Shown here piece after piece: positions 25,682-38,862 of a DNA stretch of 64,000 nt. A model generated the notes under the pieces. It had not been told where the DNA came from. It did not search any database and was given only the letters and a program-made list of their open reading frames with translations. Made by a program: the position numbers and the translations under genes. The DNA is from Eledone cirrhosa (Eukaryota). Location of the stretch: NCBI GenBank assembly GCA_964016885.1, contig OZ024760.1, positions 4,774,001-4,838,000 of the forward strand, given 5' to 3'. Position 1 is the stretch's first letter, and each line of letters opens with the position of its first letter.

Positions 25682-25691
25682 ATATATATTA

Positions 25692-25751
<60 letters not shown>

Positions 25752-25779
25752 ATGATGATGAGATATATATATATAGCTG

Positions 25780-26338
25780 TATAACAAAGTGCAGGGCAAT
25801 AAAGATAGACGGTAGCCACGGAATAGGCAGACCTAGAAAAACCTGGGACGAGCTGATAAACTCCGACCTCACACACTTACACCTCTCCAAGACAAAGTCA
25901 CTGGACCGAGACCTTTGGCGGTACTCAGTAATAGAGAAGACCCGCCTTACCTAAATACATAGTAAAACCTACTACAGCCAGTAGGCATCTCTAACAATAT
26001 ACACCCCGTCCCACCACCCCCACCCCATCCACACCACCCCCTTCTATGTAAAGTTATGTTGGTGCCACACCATCCAGGCCGAAACAAATGAGATCGTGTA
26101 GGTGTCACGACAAAAAAACACACAGTCCACGCTGTAATGTGGCCGTGTAGGCAACACGGTAAAAACCTCCCAGACCCACACTGTAAATGTGGTTGGTGTT
26201 AGGAAGGGCATCCAACTGTAGAAAACCTGCCAGACAGTCCTATGCGAGCAAGACAATCACTCTTGCCTCAAGTGGGAATACCCCCGTCCAAACCCATGCA
26301 AGCATGGAACACGGACGTTATACGTTGATGATGATGAT
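25780..26338 (+). mobile_element. RTE LINE C-terminal fragment continuing into a long 3' UTR
   Basis: GRPRKTWDELINSDL frame followed by the element seen at 765-1110 and an (ATG)n tail. Confidence 0.7.
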
Positions 26339-26403
26339 ATATATATATTTTATATATATATATATATATTATATATATATATATATATATTATATATATT
26401 ATA

Positions 26404-26449
<46 letters not shown>

Positions 26450-26751
26450 ATATATATATATATTATATATATATATTATATATGCAAAAGTTTTATTTAA
26501 AATTGTTGGGTTACAACGAGTAAATATTTTATAACTGATATAAAGCACTCAACAAGTTTTGGAGTAGATATATATATATTATATATATATATATATTATA
26601 TATATATATATTTATATATATATTATATATATATATATTTATGTATATATATATTATAATCCTTATCGAGCCCTCTTCAGATTTTAGTCTTCACATTTAT
26701 TATTACTATATATATATATACATACACACACATATATATTTATATTTTTTA

Positions 26752-27055
26752 ATTGATCTAAATACAAATGGAGAGGCCTTATTAGATTTCTGTTTTAGCA
26801 ATGGACTCTCTATTACAAACACCTTCTTCCAGCTCAGATGTCCATAAATATACATGGTACAATCAGGGACAGAGATCAATAATTGATTTTGTTATTGTTT
26901 CTGATCTCTTTTATTCTGTACTGGATGTTCATGTTAAGAGAGGGGCTGAGCTGTCAACTGATCACCTCTAGTTATCTGCAACTTGAGATTACCTAAAGCC
27001 AAAGAAGCCCACAAAACTGGCAGGTCCAGGGCGATGTATAGAATAAAGTGGGAAT
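26752..27055 (+). mobile_element. RTE-type AP endonuclease fragment
   Basis: DLNTNGEALLDFCFSNGLSITNTFFQ, then (frameshifted) HKYTW...SIIDFVIV...STDH. Confidence 0.75.
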
Positions 27056-27260
27056 TTGGATTTTCCCAGCCTCGGAGATTTCTTCAGAGCGAATAACAGA
27101 GGCAGGAAGGGTGGAGACTCTTGAAGTTACAAAATCAAATATATATATATATAGTTAAAGAAAGAAGAGTAACATGGTTGGCTGTACAATAAGGGCTTTA
27201 TTTAAAGTACTGACAATTGTTTATATATATAGTTATGTAATAAACAACATAAGATAATTA

Positions 27261-27332
27261 TTTCATTTACCTAAGGTTTCACGAAGACAAACGAGCCTGA
27301 CACAGACGTCTACTTCAGTCATCAGAATGAAA
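27261..27332 (-). ncRNA. Type I hammerhead ribozyme motif (left arm of palindrome)
   Basis: Reverse complement reads TTTCATT-CTGATGA-CTGAAGTAGACG...CGTTTGTCTTCGT-GAAAC-CTTAG-GTA-AATGAAA. Confidence 0.75.
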
Positions 27333-27360
27333 ATTTATTTAAAATGGATGCGAGATAAAT

Positions 27361-27433
27361 TTTCATTCTGACGACCAAAGTCAGATGTCTGTGTCAGGCT
27401 CATCTGTCTTTGTGAAACCTTTGGTAAATGAAA
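27361..27433 (+). ncRNA. Type I hammerhead ribozyme motif (right arm of palindrome)
   Basis: Helix I TTTCATT/AATGAAA; CTGACGA 27368-27374; long helix II CAAAG-T-CAGATG/CATCTG-T-CTTTG; GAAAC-CTTTG-GTA with the triplet at 27424-27426. Confidence 0.78.
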
Positions 27434-27492
27434 TAATTATCTTATGTTCTTTATTACATAACTAAAAATCTCTGTAGTCTACATAGAGCACC

Positions 27493-27540
<48 letters not shown>

Positions 27541-28334
27541 AGAGAGAAAGAGAGAGAGATACCATGCCAAAAAGGGTTCAGAAGACTTCTGTTCTGTCTA
27601 GGTCAAACAACCTCCCTAGAGCTGGTGCGACAAGAATATACACCTAGTACACTCTGTAAAGTGTTGGTGATACGAACACCTTCCAGCTTTATAAACCATG
27701 CCAAAACTGGAATCTATGTAAGCCAGATGTAGCCCCACCCCTCCTCAGCCTGTAGTCAGCAACTCTGATTAAGTAGTGACTTGATCAGTACAAACCCATT
27801 CAAGCCATGATGACATGGAAAACAGGCATTAAATTATGATGACAATGATGATGTTATATATAATTAAATTAAGTGGATTGTGCTGAATGGATAAATTCTA
27901 AATTCATTGACATCACGCTCTCAAACAGAGAAAGAAAACAAATCCCTGGTGGCCATTGTTAGAATCTCTGGAGGTGAGGGGGAAATAATTTCTCATTATC
28001 ATGTTGGTGCTTCGAGTATAACTTAACAAAGGTTCTTACATAAAAGTATGATAGAAGGGTTTTAGATAAATATAAACATTTTAAAACAAACAGTTTTGTA
28101 TTGTAGAACCAGGGGCTATTTCTGGTGGCTTGGAACATGACTTAACGAAGATTCTTACATGAAATTATGATGGAAGGGTTTTAGAAAAATATATACACTT
28201 TAAAACAAACAGTTTTGTATCATAGAACCAGGGGTTGCTTCTGGTGGTTTGGGACATAACTTTTACAAAAGTTCTTTTATAAAATTATGATGGAAGGGTT
28301 TTAGATAGATATAAGCATTTTAAAACAAGCTATA

Positions 28335-28578
28335 TGAGTTGACCCGGTGACAAATTGACTAAAGATGAGTTGATCTGGTGACAAATTGACTAAAGATGAG
28401 TTGATCTGGTGACAAATTGACTAAAGATGAGTTGATCTGGTGACAAATTGACTAAAGATGAGTTGATCTGGTGACAAATTGACTAAGGATGAGTTGATCT
28501 GGTGACAAATTGACTAAAGATAAGTTGATCTGGTGACAAATTAACTAAAGATGAGTTGATCTGGTGACAAATTGACCA
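28335..28578. repeat. 30-bp tandem repeat, about 8 copies
   Basis: Unit gatgagttgatctggtgacaaattgactaaa. Preceded by a degenerate repeat of about 120 bp at 28005-28330. Confidence 0.88.
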
Positions 28579-29204
28579 GTTTCCAAGAAGAGAAGCTTAT
28601 AGTGGCTACCTTCCACTTCCTTCCCAATCTTTGCTTCATCTGGTGTTGGGTGGTGACATTAGTAGGCAGGGGTGGGGGTGATCCTAATAGGCATTTGAGC
28701 GAGGTGACCTTAGTGGGTGTGTGAAGGCAAGCTCAATGTACCCCCTACTCTCTGAAAGCCATTTTCATCACTGTCGGAGTTGGGTCAGTATTGGAAACCT
28801 GAAAAACTGGCTACTGTGGTGTGTGTGTATATATATAATCCTGTCTTAACACACCAACCATCCCATGCCGCACCTCACCACAGCACCCCATAACACACCA
28901 CACCACACTGCACCATAACACACCACACCACTTCATAACACGCCTCACCACACCACACCTCACATCACCACATCACCCCATAACACACCACCCCACACAA
29001 TACCACACCACACCTCACCATATCTCACCACACCATACCACCCCATAACACACCACTCCACACAATACCACACAACACCTCACCATACCTCACCATAACA
29101 CACACACCACACCACCAGCTGTGGTGGTGTTATAAAAAGCTCAACCCACTAGCATGAACGACAACAACAACAACAACCATTCTACCATTATCTTCCAATA
29201 CTAT

Positions 29205-30430
29205 CACTAACAACAACAAACATCTCCCCACTCTCACCACCAACAAACATCTCCCCACTCTCACCACCACCACCAACAAACATCTCCCCACTCTCACCAC
29301 CACAAACATCTCCCCACTCTCACCACCACCAAACATCTCCCCACTCTCACCACCACCAAACATCTCCCCGTTCTCACCACCACCACCAACAAACATCTCC
29401 CCACTCTCACCACCACCACCAACAAACATCTCCCCACTCTCACCACCACCACTACCAACAAACATCTCCCCACTCTCACCACCACCACCAACAAACATCT
29501 CCCCACTCTCACCACCACCACCAACAAACATCTCCCCACTCTCACCACCACCACCATCAAACATCTCCCCACTCTCACCACCACCACCATCAAACATCTC
29601 CCCACTCTCACCACCACCACCATCAAACATCTCCCCACTCTCACCACCACCACCATCAAACATCTCCCCACTCTCACCACCACCACCAACAAACATCTCC
29701 CCACTCTCACCACTACCACCACCAACAAACATCTCCCCACTCTCACCACCACCACCAACAAACATCTCCCCACTCTCACCACCACCACCACCAACAAACA
29801 TCTCCCCACTCTCACCACCACCACCAACAAACATCTCCCCACTCTCACCACCACCACCAACAAACATCTCCCCACTCTCACCACCACCACCATCAAACAT
29901 CTCCCCACTCTCACCACCACCACCATCAAACATCTCCCCACTCTCACCACCACCACCACCATCAAACATCTCCCCACTCTCACCACCACCACCATCAACA
30001 ACAACAATCACCACCCACCTGTTCGCCATCACCATCAACAACAAATACCACCACACCACCGTCACTATCTCCTCCACCACCACTATACTTACCTACCCTC
30101 ACACCACCATCACCAACAACAACCTCCTCACTATCCTCACTATCCCACCACCACCTCCCTCACTATCTCCCCCCACCACCCTCACTATCTCCACCACCAC
30201 CCTCACTTTCGCCACCACCACCACCACTATCATGAGAAAACGCCACACCACCCCCTCACTATTTCCCCATCACCACCACCACCTTCACTATCATCATCAC
30301 CACTACCACCATCTCTACCACCACCACCACCACTACCATCATCACCACTACCACCATCTCCAACACCACCACCTCCACCACCTCCCCCATCACCACCACT
30401 ATCCCCCCCCCCCACCACCACCACCACCAT
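29205..30430. repeat. About 33-bp minisatellite and CAC low-complexity sequence
   Basis: Unit aaacatctccccactctcaccaccaccaccaac. Confidence 0.9.
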
Positions 30431-30672
30431 GTAGCTTCTATAAAAACTCACTGACAGTAATCTACCAATTCCATTACTGTCAGGAACTTCTCTTGCTGAA
30501 CAGTATGGCTTATGTGTGTGTGTGTGTGTCTGTGTTTATATATATATGTTTATATATGTGTGTGTGACTGTGTGACCCTTATATAGATATATGTGTGTGT
30601 GTGTATTTATGTTTGTGTGAATATTTGATCCTTATATATACGTGTGTGTGTATGTGTGTGTGATTATTTGAT

Positions 30673-30710
<38 letters not shown>

Positions 30711-30738
30711 GTGTGTGTGTAATGATGTGACCCTTATG

Positions 30739-30771
<33 letters not shown>

Positions 30772-31332
30772 GTGTGTGTGTGCCTGTATATGTATGCATT
30801 TCACTGTATGTATGGATGTCTCTGTGTATATGTGTGGGAGGGTTTTTGTCACTTTGAGTATGTACAGCTATGTATATATGTCTGTAATTGCCTGTTTGTG
30901 TGTGTGTGTGTGTGTATATGCTGTATGTGTGTAGAAGGGTGCTGTGGGAGTGGTGGGGGCAGCGGGTATTAATGGAAGGCAGCCGAGAAAGAGAGATAGA
31001 TGCGTTGGGGAGGGAGGTGGTAGGAATTAAACAACCGCAACCTCCCCTCCCCCCACACATACCTACATGCACATTCACCATTACCCCCTCCCCCCCACAC
31101 ACATTTCAAGTACCTTGTCATTCCTGGCAGGACACAGTTCTATTACTTTAGAGACAGCTGATTGTCTCTTTACATCATACCACACTGCACAGGCACACAC
31201 ATACATATATGTACAACATAACTGTAAATAGATAGACAAATAGATAGATAGATATGTGGGTTATTGGACAGATATATGGACACATATGTTTGATTCTGTG
31301 TCATTCATGACACCCTTTACTTTGAAAGTAAT

Positions 31333-31368
<36 letters not shown>

Positions 31369-31774
31369 CGAAGGAAATGTGGTAAGGAACCAGGTGGACC
31401 ATAACGCACCAAAGTACTCAATACTTGAGGTAGTAGAGTGGGTAATAGGAACCAGTAGGACCCCATATATATATATATATATATATATATATTACGTTAT
31501 TCCGGGTTGAATCGGGGGTAACCACAGTAAGTAAGGTACTCAATACATTGCAGAGTATAAAAGTTTTAATATAGATGAGATTCTACAGGACTAGAACTGT
31601 TTCATTCTTTAGAAATCATCAGGAATCCCTGATGATTTCTAAAGAATGAAACAGTGCTAGTCCTGTAGAATCTCATCTATATTATATATATATATATATA
31701 TATCTTTGCTTATATATATATATATATGTGTGTGTGTGTTTGTGTATATATGTTTTTATGTATATATGTATAAA

Positions 31775-31831
<57 letters not shown>

Positions 31832-31903
31832 TATATATATAAATGTGTGTTTGTATATATATGTTTTTATGTATATATATATATGTGTGTGTATATATAT
31901 AAT

Positions 31904-31946
<43 letters not shown>

Positions 31947-34187
31947 TATATATATATACACACACACAATATTTGATGTATGTATGTGAGATGCCATGCT
32001 GAGAAGGACCCATCCAACCCCCATGCAAACGTTTAAAAATGGACCTAAAAATGATGATATATATATATATATATATACATATACAGAGAGTGGGGGTGGG
32101 TGGAGGGAGAAAGTGACATAAACGGCAATATCTTTGTATTTGTGTAGATGTGTGTGTATCTAACCCTTGTAAGCATGTGTATGTGTGTCTAACCCCTGTA
32201 AGCATGTATAATTGTTTCTACGTTAGGCACAAGGCCAGCAATTACCCAGTGCATTACTGGTACTTTATTTTATCGACCCCGTAAGGATGAAAGGCAAAGT
32301 TAACCTTGGCGGGATTTGAACTCAGAAAGGCAAGAGCAATAACTCTATACGTCAAAGCATGGCGTCTGACCCTCTACCAATACTGCCAATCCACCGCCCT
32401 GTATAATAAACTTTAAACAGTGATGATGATGATATATGTGAGTGGCCTGTTGGTTAGGGTGTTGGCTTACAGTTATAATGTAGGTTCGGTTCCTAGACCA
32501 GATGGTATGTTGTATTCTTGAGCAAACCACTTCATTTCATGTTGCCCCAGTACACTCAGCTGAAAATGATTACCATCAGGAGTTGGATGTTGACCCTATG
32601 ATGGACTGGTGTCTTGTCCAGGGGTGAGTCATGTACTCTCAGCTCCGTAATGCCAATGAAAAATGGAACTGCAGATAAATACCAGCCTGTTAAGACTAAT
32701 GGTTTGGGGCTGACTTCAGCTTTTTAACTTTTAGTACAGCGTGAGTCATTAACAAGGCCTATGAGAGTGGGGCCCAGCCGGTACTTTGTTCCAGGACCCA
32801 AGAGCTAAGAAGGCCCCACAACAATCATGTAACATCCATTTTGAGAAAAAGCTTTGCCTGCTTTGGGCCCCAAAAGGGTCTTGGTGGCCCTGGTCATAGG
32901 TAACTGGGTAGTCCACCAGTTATATTCCAAATGATAATATTTATTAAAATTCTGGTCATACAATGTATGTATGGACTCATAATACGTGTGGGAGACGTAG
33001 GAGCACCATATTGTCGTACAGCGTTTCTAGGGCATTTTTTAAAAATCTGGTTTAGTCCATCTCCTCACCTGGTTTCTTCTAGAGATGGATACAGAGTGAG
33101 AAAAAGGAAGTGAGAAAGAGCTATAGAGGAAGAATCGATCCCAGTATTAGACTGGTATTTTTTTTTATCAAACTTAAATAGATGAAAGGCAAAGTTGACC
33201 CCGGTGAGATTTGAGCAGAGAGTCGGAATGCCACAAAACATTCTATTCAACATTCTAATCACTGCTAATTTGCTGCCTGGTTATATAGTACAAAATTATA
33301 AATACATAAAACAAAGGTAGTTAAAAAATATATAACCATTGCTGATCACACACAAATAAGCAGATGTTCAAGAAGTTATCTGTGAACTTTGCAATAAAAC
33401 AAAAAGAAAAAAATCATTGACTGCCTGGTTACTTATGACTCACTAACTACCATGGAAAATGGACGTTAAATGATGCAGGTACTGCTGGTGTTTTTAAGAA
33501 GTTTACTTTTCAGTCATGAGGTCCTGAGTTCAATCCCACCATGTGACATCTTGGTAAAATCACTTTAACCCTTTAGCATTTAAACAGGCCGTATCCGGCC
33601 AGAATTCCTTCACTTCTTTCTGTTCAAACTGGCTGTAACCGGCCACACATAATGATGTTACTAACTTAACTCTTTAGCATTTAATAAGGCTGTATCTGGC
33701 CAGAATTCTCTCACTTCTTTCTGTTCAAACTGGCTGAAACCAGCTGCTCATATTGATGTTAAGGTATTGTCCTCAAAATATATAATATCAAAATCTTATA
33801 GATTCGATATTATGTGAGATAATTATGTAAGGTAAAGCCTTTACTCTGAAAATACAATAGTAAATATAGAGTAATGTAAATGTTAAAGGGTTAAACATGG
33901 CTATGGGTTGACTCAACTTCGTGAATGAAATTGGGTTGATAGAAACAGCATAGAAGTCCATCAGGTGAACTGCAACTGTCATTCGAAGAGCTGCCCTTGT
34001 GACACATTGTGTCATGCTGATTCTGTCTGAGGGAGGATATGTTATGAGTATACGTGTCTGTAGAATACTCAGCCATTTTACCCTATTTTTCAGTGAGCAG
34101 TACAACTGAATGAATGTCTGGGACACTCATCATTGAAACCTAAGGAGATCCATTTAGTTTACTTGTGTGTCTATACATGTATGTGTA

Positions 34188-35132
34188 TAATAATAATAAT
34201 GAAATTATTGTGTAAAGTGCTCAGGTGCACCACAACTCGTCAATATAGTACATAGAATAATACACAAATGTCAGGGAAGTACATGTGTGTATGTGTTAGG
34301 TGTAGTGTTGGCGGATCTCGGGAAGCATGGAGGCCTTAAAGGATGCAGTGTCTCGACAGCTAACAACTGATGCAGGTAGTTTGTTCCATGCTTCAGCAAC
34401 TCTGAGCGTGAAAAAATGTTTCCGAAAGTCATGGGAACTGTGCTGTTTTCTTACTTTGTGGGCATGTCCACGTGTGTTAGACACATGGAAATCAAAAAGG
34501 TACTCAGGGTTGTTGTTGGCAACATGGTTAACAATTTTGTGGGTGTTTACCAAGTCAGTTGTCAGACGTCGGAGCTTCAATGAATCCATGCCCAGGGAAG
34601 CAAGGCGCTCAGAGTATGGTAGATGCCTGATGGAGGGTATTCGCTTGGTTGCACGTCTCTGAACAGTTTCCAGGCGGTCAATGTCCTGAGCAAGATAGGG
34701 GTTCCAGACTGGTGATGCAAATTCTAAGTGTGGTCGCACCATAGCTGTATACAGCCTTAAATAGATATCTGGAGAGCGGCTGACAAAGGTCTTGCTGAGT
34801 GATGCTAAGACACCCTCGGCCTTCTTGACAATTTTAGAGACGTGCATCGTCCAACGCAAATCGCTGCTGACCGTAATGCCCAGGTCACGTTCACAGGAAG
34901 GCTTCTTGATATTAGTGCTGTGGAGGGAGTATGTGGACGCTGGGTTTTTACTCCCAAAATGCATGGTGGTGCACTTGTCCACAGCTAGCTTGAGTTGCCA
35001 GTCTGAGATCCATTGTTGCATTGTGTCCAGGTCAGACTGCAAGCAAGATCTATAGTGTTCAGGATCTGTCCTTTTTATCTCAAGGTACAGCTTGATGTCG
35101 TCTGCGTACTTTAGTACTGTGGCATTCCTTAA
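34188..35132 (-). mobile_element. CR1-clade LINE, 5'-truncated, with a long open C-terminal ORF
   Basis: YADDIKLY; ORF 34296-35042 has HLEFASPVWNP, VQRRATK, TRGH and FFTLRVAEAWNKLP. Confidence 0.93.
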
Positions 35133-35185
35133 GTGTATATATACATGTGCATGTGTTGTATTGTGTGTGCATATATGTATATATT

Positions 35186-35432
35186 CAGGACCGGATTTAG
35201 ATTTGATGAGGCCCTAAGCTATTTGAGATAATGGTGTTATAAAATATGTTATAAAAACTGCAAAACGTTCAATATTAAAGCAGAAAACTGTTTAAAACTA
35301 TTGCATTATTTTAGTTCTTTTTTATCTTATATTTTGGAAATGTACACCGTTTTTTTGTTTTTTTTTCGGGGCCCCAAGAAAGTGGGGGCCCTAAGCTATA
35401 GCTTGTTTAGCTTATACGTAAATCCCATTCTG
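35186..35432. mobile_element. hAT-like MITE
   Basis: caggaccggattta...taaatcccattctg termini and GGGCCC subterminal motifs. A related element lies at about 32752-32893. Confidence 0.5.
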
Positions 35433-35622
35433 TATATATTCATATGTGTGTGAGTGTGTGTATATATATACACACATATGTATATATACATACATATGTA
35501 TGTGAATAATATATATATATATATATATACTGAATTAAAAGTTAAGTGGAAATATCAAAGAGTAAGAGCACTCAGTCCATAGAAGAGTTTAGTATAAATA
35601 AATAATTACAACAGTGACATAA

Positions 35623-35672
35623 ACAGGTACTTAAGTTTCGTTGGGTTCTGGGCCCCAATTCATTCAGCCTGT
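35623..35672 (-). ncRNA. Minimal type I hammerhead-like motif with palindromic helix III
   Basis: Reverse complement reads ACAGG-CTGAATGA-ATTGGG-GCCCAGAA-CCCAAC-GAAACTTAAGTA-CCTGT. The core has one extra A. Confidence 0.65.
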
Positions 35673-35881
35673 CATGAGAAAAAAAAAATGAATTGGGGCC
35701 CAGAACCCAACGAAACTTAAGTACCTGTTTATGTCACTGTTGTAACTATTTATACTAAACTTGTCCTATGGATTAAGTACTCTTACTCTTGGATATGTCT
35801 ACCAAACTTTTACTACAGTATATATAATATATATACATACTTCTTTTCTTGTAATTTTATATATATATATATAATGCGCAC

Positions 35882-35920
<39 letters not shown>

Positions 35921-36126
35921 CACACATACATAAGTATATATATTCATATATATACACGCACATATGTATACGCTTATGCACACACACACACACAGTATCA
36001 ATGATAGAACCTTTCTCCAAATTGTCCCCTTAGATATTGTCATCCCACCCACCCACACATCGTCCCTTCATCTTCCACACACACACACACAGACAGACAC
36101 ACCCACACTCAAACTGTCACACACAA

Positions 36127-36162
<36 letters not shown>

Positions 36163-37243
36163 AACACATGTCCATGCTTGCCCCCCCCCCTCCTCTACAC
36201 AACCTTCTACTTTCCTTGCTCCTCTCCTCCCACCACTACCACCTCTTCCAGCTACTGTCCCATTTCAACAGGCTGGATCTTAGGTTCCAACCACAGCTCC
36301 TCTGCTTGTGGCCCTCCTCCTGCACCACCACCACCACCACTCCTACCACCACTACTATTACTACCATCTCCACCACTACTACTACTACCACCACCATCAC
36401 CACCACCACTGCTGCTGCTACTACTACTGCTACTACTATTACTACTACTACTATATAGATATGGGAACAGCTGCTACTTTGAGCTAACTATCACTATTAC
36501 TACTACCACTATTGCTACTACCACTATTACTACTACCACTATTGCTACTACCACTATTACTACTACCACTATTGCTACTACCACTATTACTACTACCACT
36601 ATTACTACTACCACTATTACTACTACCACTATTGCTACTACCACTATTACTACTACCACTATTACTACTACCACTATTGCTATACCTACTACTACTACTA
36701 CTACTACTACACAGCCAAGCTATATTTGTTGCTGCTGCTACTTTCAGTGTGAAAACTACTACCACAACACCACCATAACTACTACTACTACTACTACTAC
36801 AGCTACTACAGCTAATACCATCATCACTGACACCACCGCCACCCCACACAACAACATCAGCAGCAGCAGTAGTAGTAGTAGTAGTGGTAGTGGTGTAACT
36901 ACCACTACAGCTACTACTACTATTGATACAAGCACAACATGGATATAGCTGCTGCTGCCGCTGCTATTGGGTAAATAATAACAACAATAATAATAATAAT
37001 ACTTCTACAACAACAACAACTATTACAACTGCTATTAGTATGACTATTGCTCCTGTCTATCTATATATCTATCTATCTATCTCTCTATATATCTATCTAT
37101 CTATCTATCTATTTATCTCTCTCTATATATATCTATCTATCTATTTATCTCTCTATCTATCTATCTATCTATCTCTCTATTTATCTATCTGTCTGTCTGT
37201 CAGTTTGTCTGTCTATAAAGATATCTATCTATCCATTGATCTC

Positions 37244-37282
<39 letters not shown>

Positions 37283-37283
<1 letters not shown>

Positions 37284-37996
37284 CCAGTTCGAGACAAGCT
37301 CTACAGACATGGGCGCCCGGGCAGGGACCCTTTGAAAAAGATCTCTCCGAGAAGCGTGCAAGACGAAGAAACCGTTGCGCACGCATTCATACACTGCCCG
37401 GACGTTACCGACCTGTGGGGCTATGTAGAGCGACTATTGTTGCGGGTGGGACCAATCAGGTTGACCACCGAGTCCATTGTCATGATCAAATCACCACCCT
37501 CCTTCAAAAACGAAGGAGAGGCGGTTTTCCTTTGTGTGATAGCTATGGCGAAAGAGGTTGTATGGTGGACAAGGTTGAAAGGGCTGAGGTCAGACACTTT
37601 TCTCTCCGGCCAACAACTGATTCTTTTTTTCAAATACCACTTTGGAAGAAGAATCAGGATGGAGAGAGAGGTGCTGTACCCCAGCAAGTTTTATGAAAGG
37701 TGGGTGAAAGTGGCGATAATGGCCCGAGTGAATGGGCCTTCTCTCTATATCAGCCTGTAGGTTGAGGAAAAAGAGGAAGAGAGGAAAGGGGTACAAACTC
37801 TTCGTACTCCTGGATATGAGGGTTGCACATTTTTTCGGGAGTATGTGTTACCCATATGAACTGTCTCCCCCTATTGGGGAAAATCGATTAACTTTTAAAT
37901 TACATTTGTGATAGCATTTTACACGTTTTTATTGTATGTAAACTTCCCCTTTGTATTTGTCCCCTTCTTTTGTGCCCCTGTGGCTAATAAAGAAAC
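37283..37996 (+). mobile_element. Tx1/L1-clade LINE 3' end inserted in (TCTA)n
   Basis: Frame contains a degenerate CCHC zinc knuckle ([18 protein letters not shown]...LW) and a KEVVWWTR motif. The 3' UTR ends in AATAAAGAAA. Confidence 0.78.
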
Positions 37997-38762
37997 ATAT
38001 CTATCTCACTCTCTCTCTCTCTGTCCGTCTGTCCATCCATCTCTCTCACTCTCTCTCTCTGTCCGTCTGTCCATCCATCTCTCTCACTCTCTCTCTCTGT
38101 CTGTCTGTCCATCCATCTCTCTCACTCTCTCTCTCTGTCTATCTGTCTGTCTATCCATTCATTCATCAATTTAGGCATTTTTTATAACTAATGTCTTTGG
38201 GAAATGCATTAATGCCACAACTCCATAATCATCTAACTGTCCTTCCTTCCTTCCACTCTCTCTCCTTCCCCACCCCTCAAACACTTTTCACACTTTCTAC
38301 CTCTTGAAGTAAACAATGTTGTTGTCATTCTTTACGTTTATTTTTTTTTGTTATTGTTTCTGTTAATTCACTGGTTTCAGCCATTAGTCTGTGACCATTA
38401 ACTGCTCGGACACCGCCGTGAAGGGATTTAACTGTTCATATCAGGCCACAGTACTTATTTTATCGATTTCTGTAGTTTGTTGAACTGCTAAGTTACAGGA
38501 AATAAACAAACAACACAGATAAACAAAGACACATATATTCAAATAACCACACATACACACATATACTCACACACACACACACACATCATCATCATCATCA
38601 TAATCATCATCATTTAATGGCTGTTTTCCCTCTCACAGTCTGACTACAGTACTGGCAACCTCCTAGTGCTGGTGACATGATAGAATGGGTTCAGTACATG
38701 CTGTAACGTGGTTAGGGATTGGAAGGGCATGGCACCCAGCTGCAGAAGCTGTGCCAAAAAGA

Positions 38763-38798
<36 letters not shown>

Positions 38799-38800
<2 letters not shown>

Positions 38801-38862
38801 TTTATCTGATGAAAGCGCACCATAATCTGCCTTGGTGGCCCTTGAAATATGTATAATAAAAT
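38799..38862 (+). ncRNA. Type I hammerhead ribozyme motif (solo)
   Basis: Helix I ATTTTAT/ATAAAAT; CTGATGA 38806-38812; helix II AAGCGCACCA/TGGTGGCCCTT; GAAA-TATGT-ATA. Confidence 0.72.

Noticed and set aside
28335-28578. CRISPR-like regular 30-bp repeats
   Set aside because: Head-to-tail tandem units without unique spacers, in a eukaryotic context with no cas genes.
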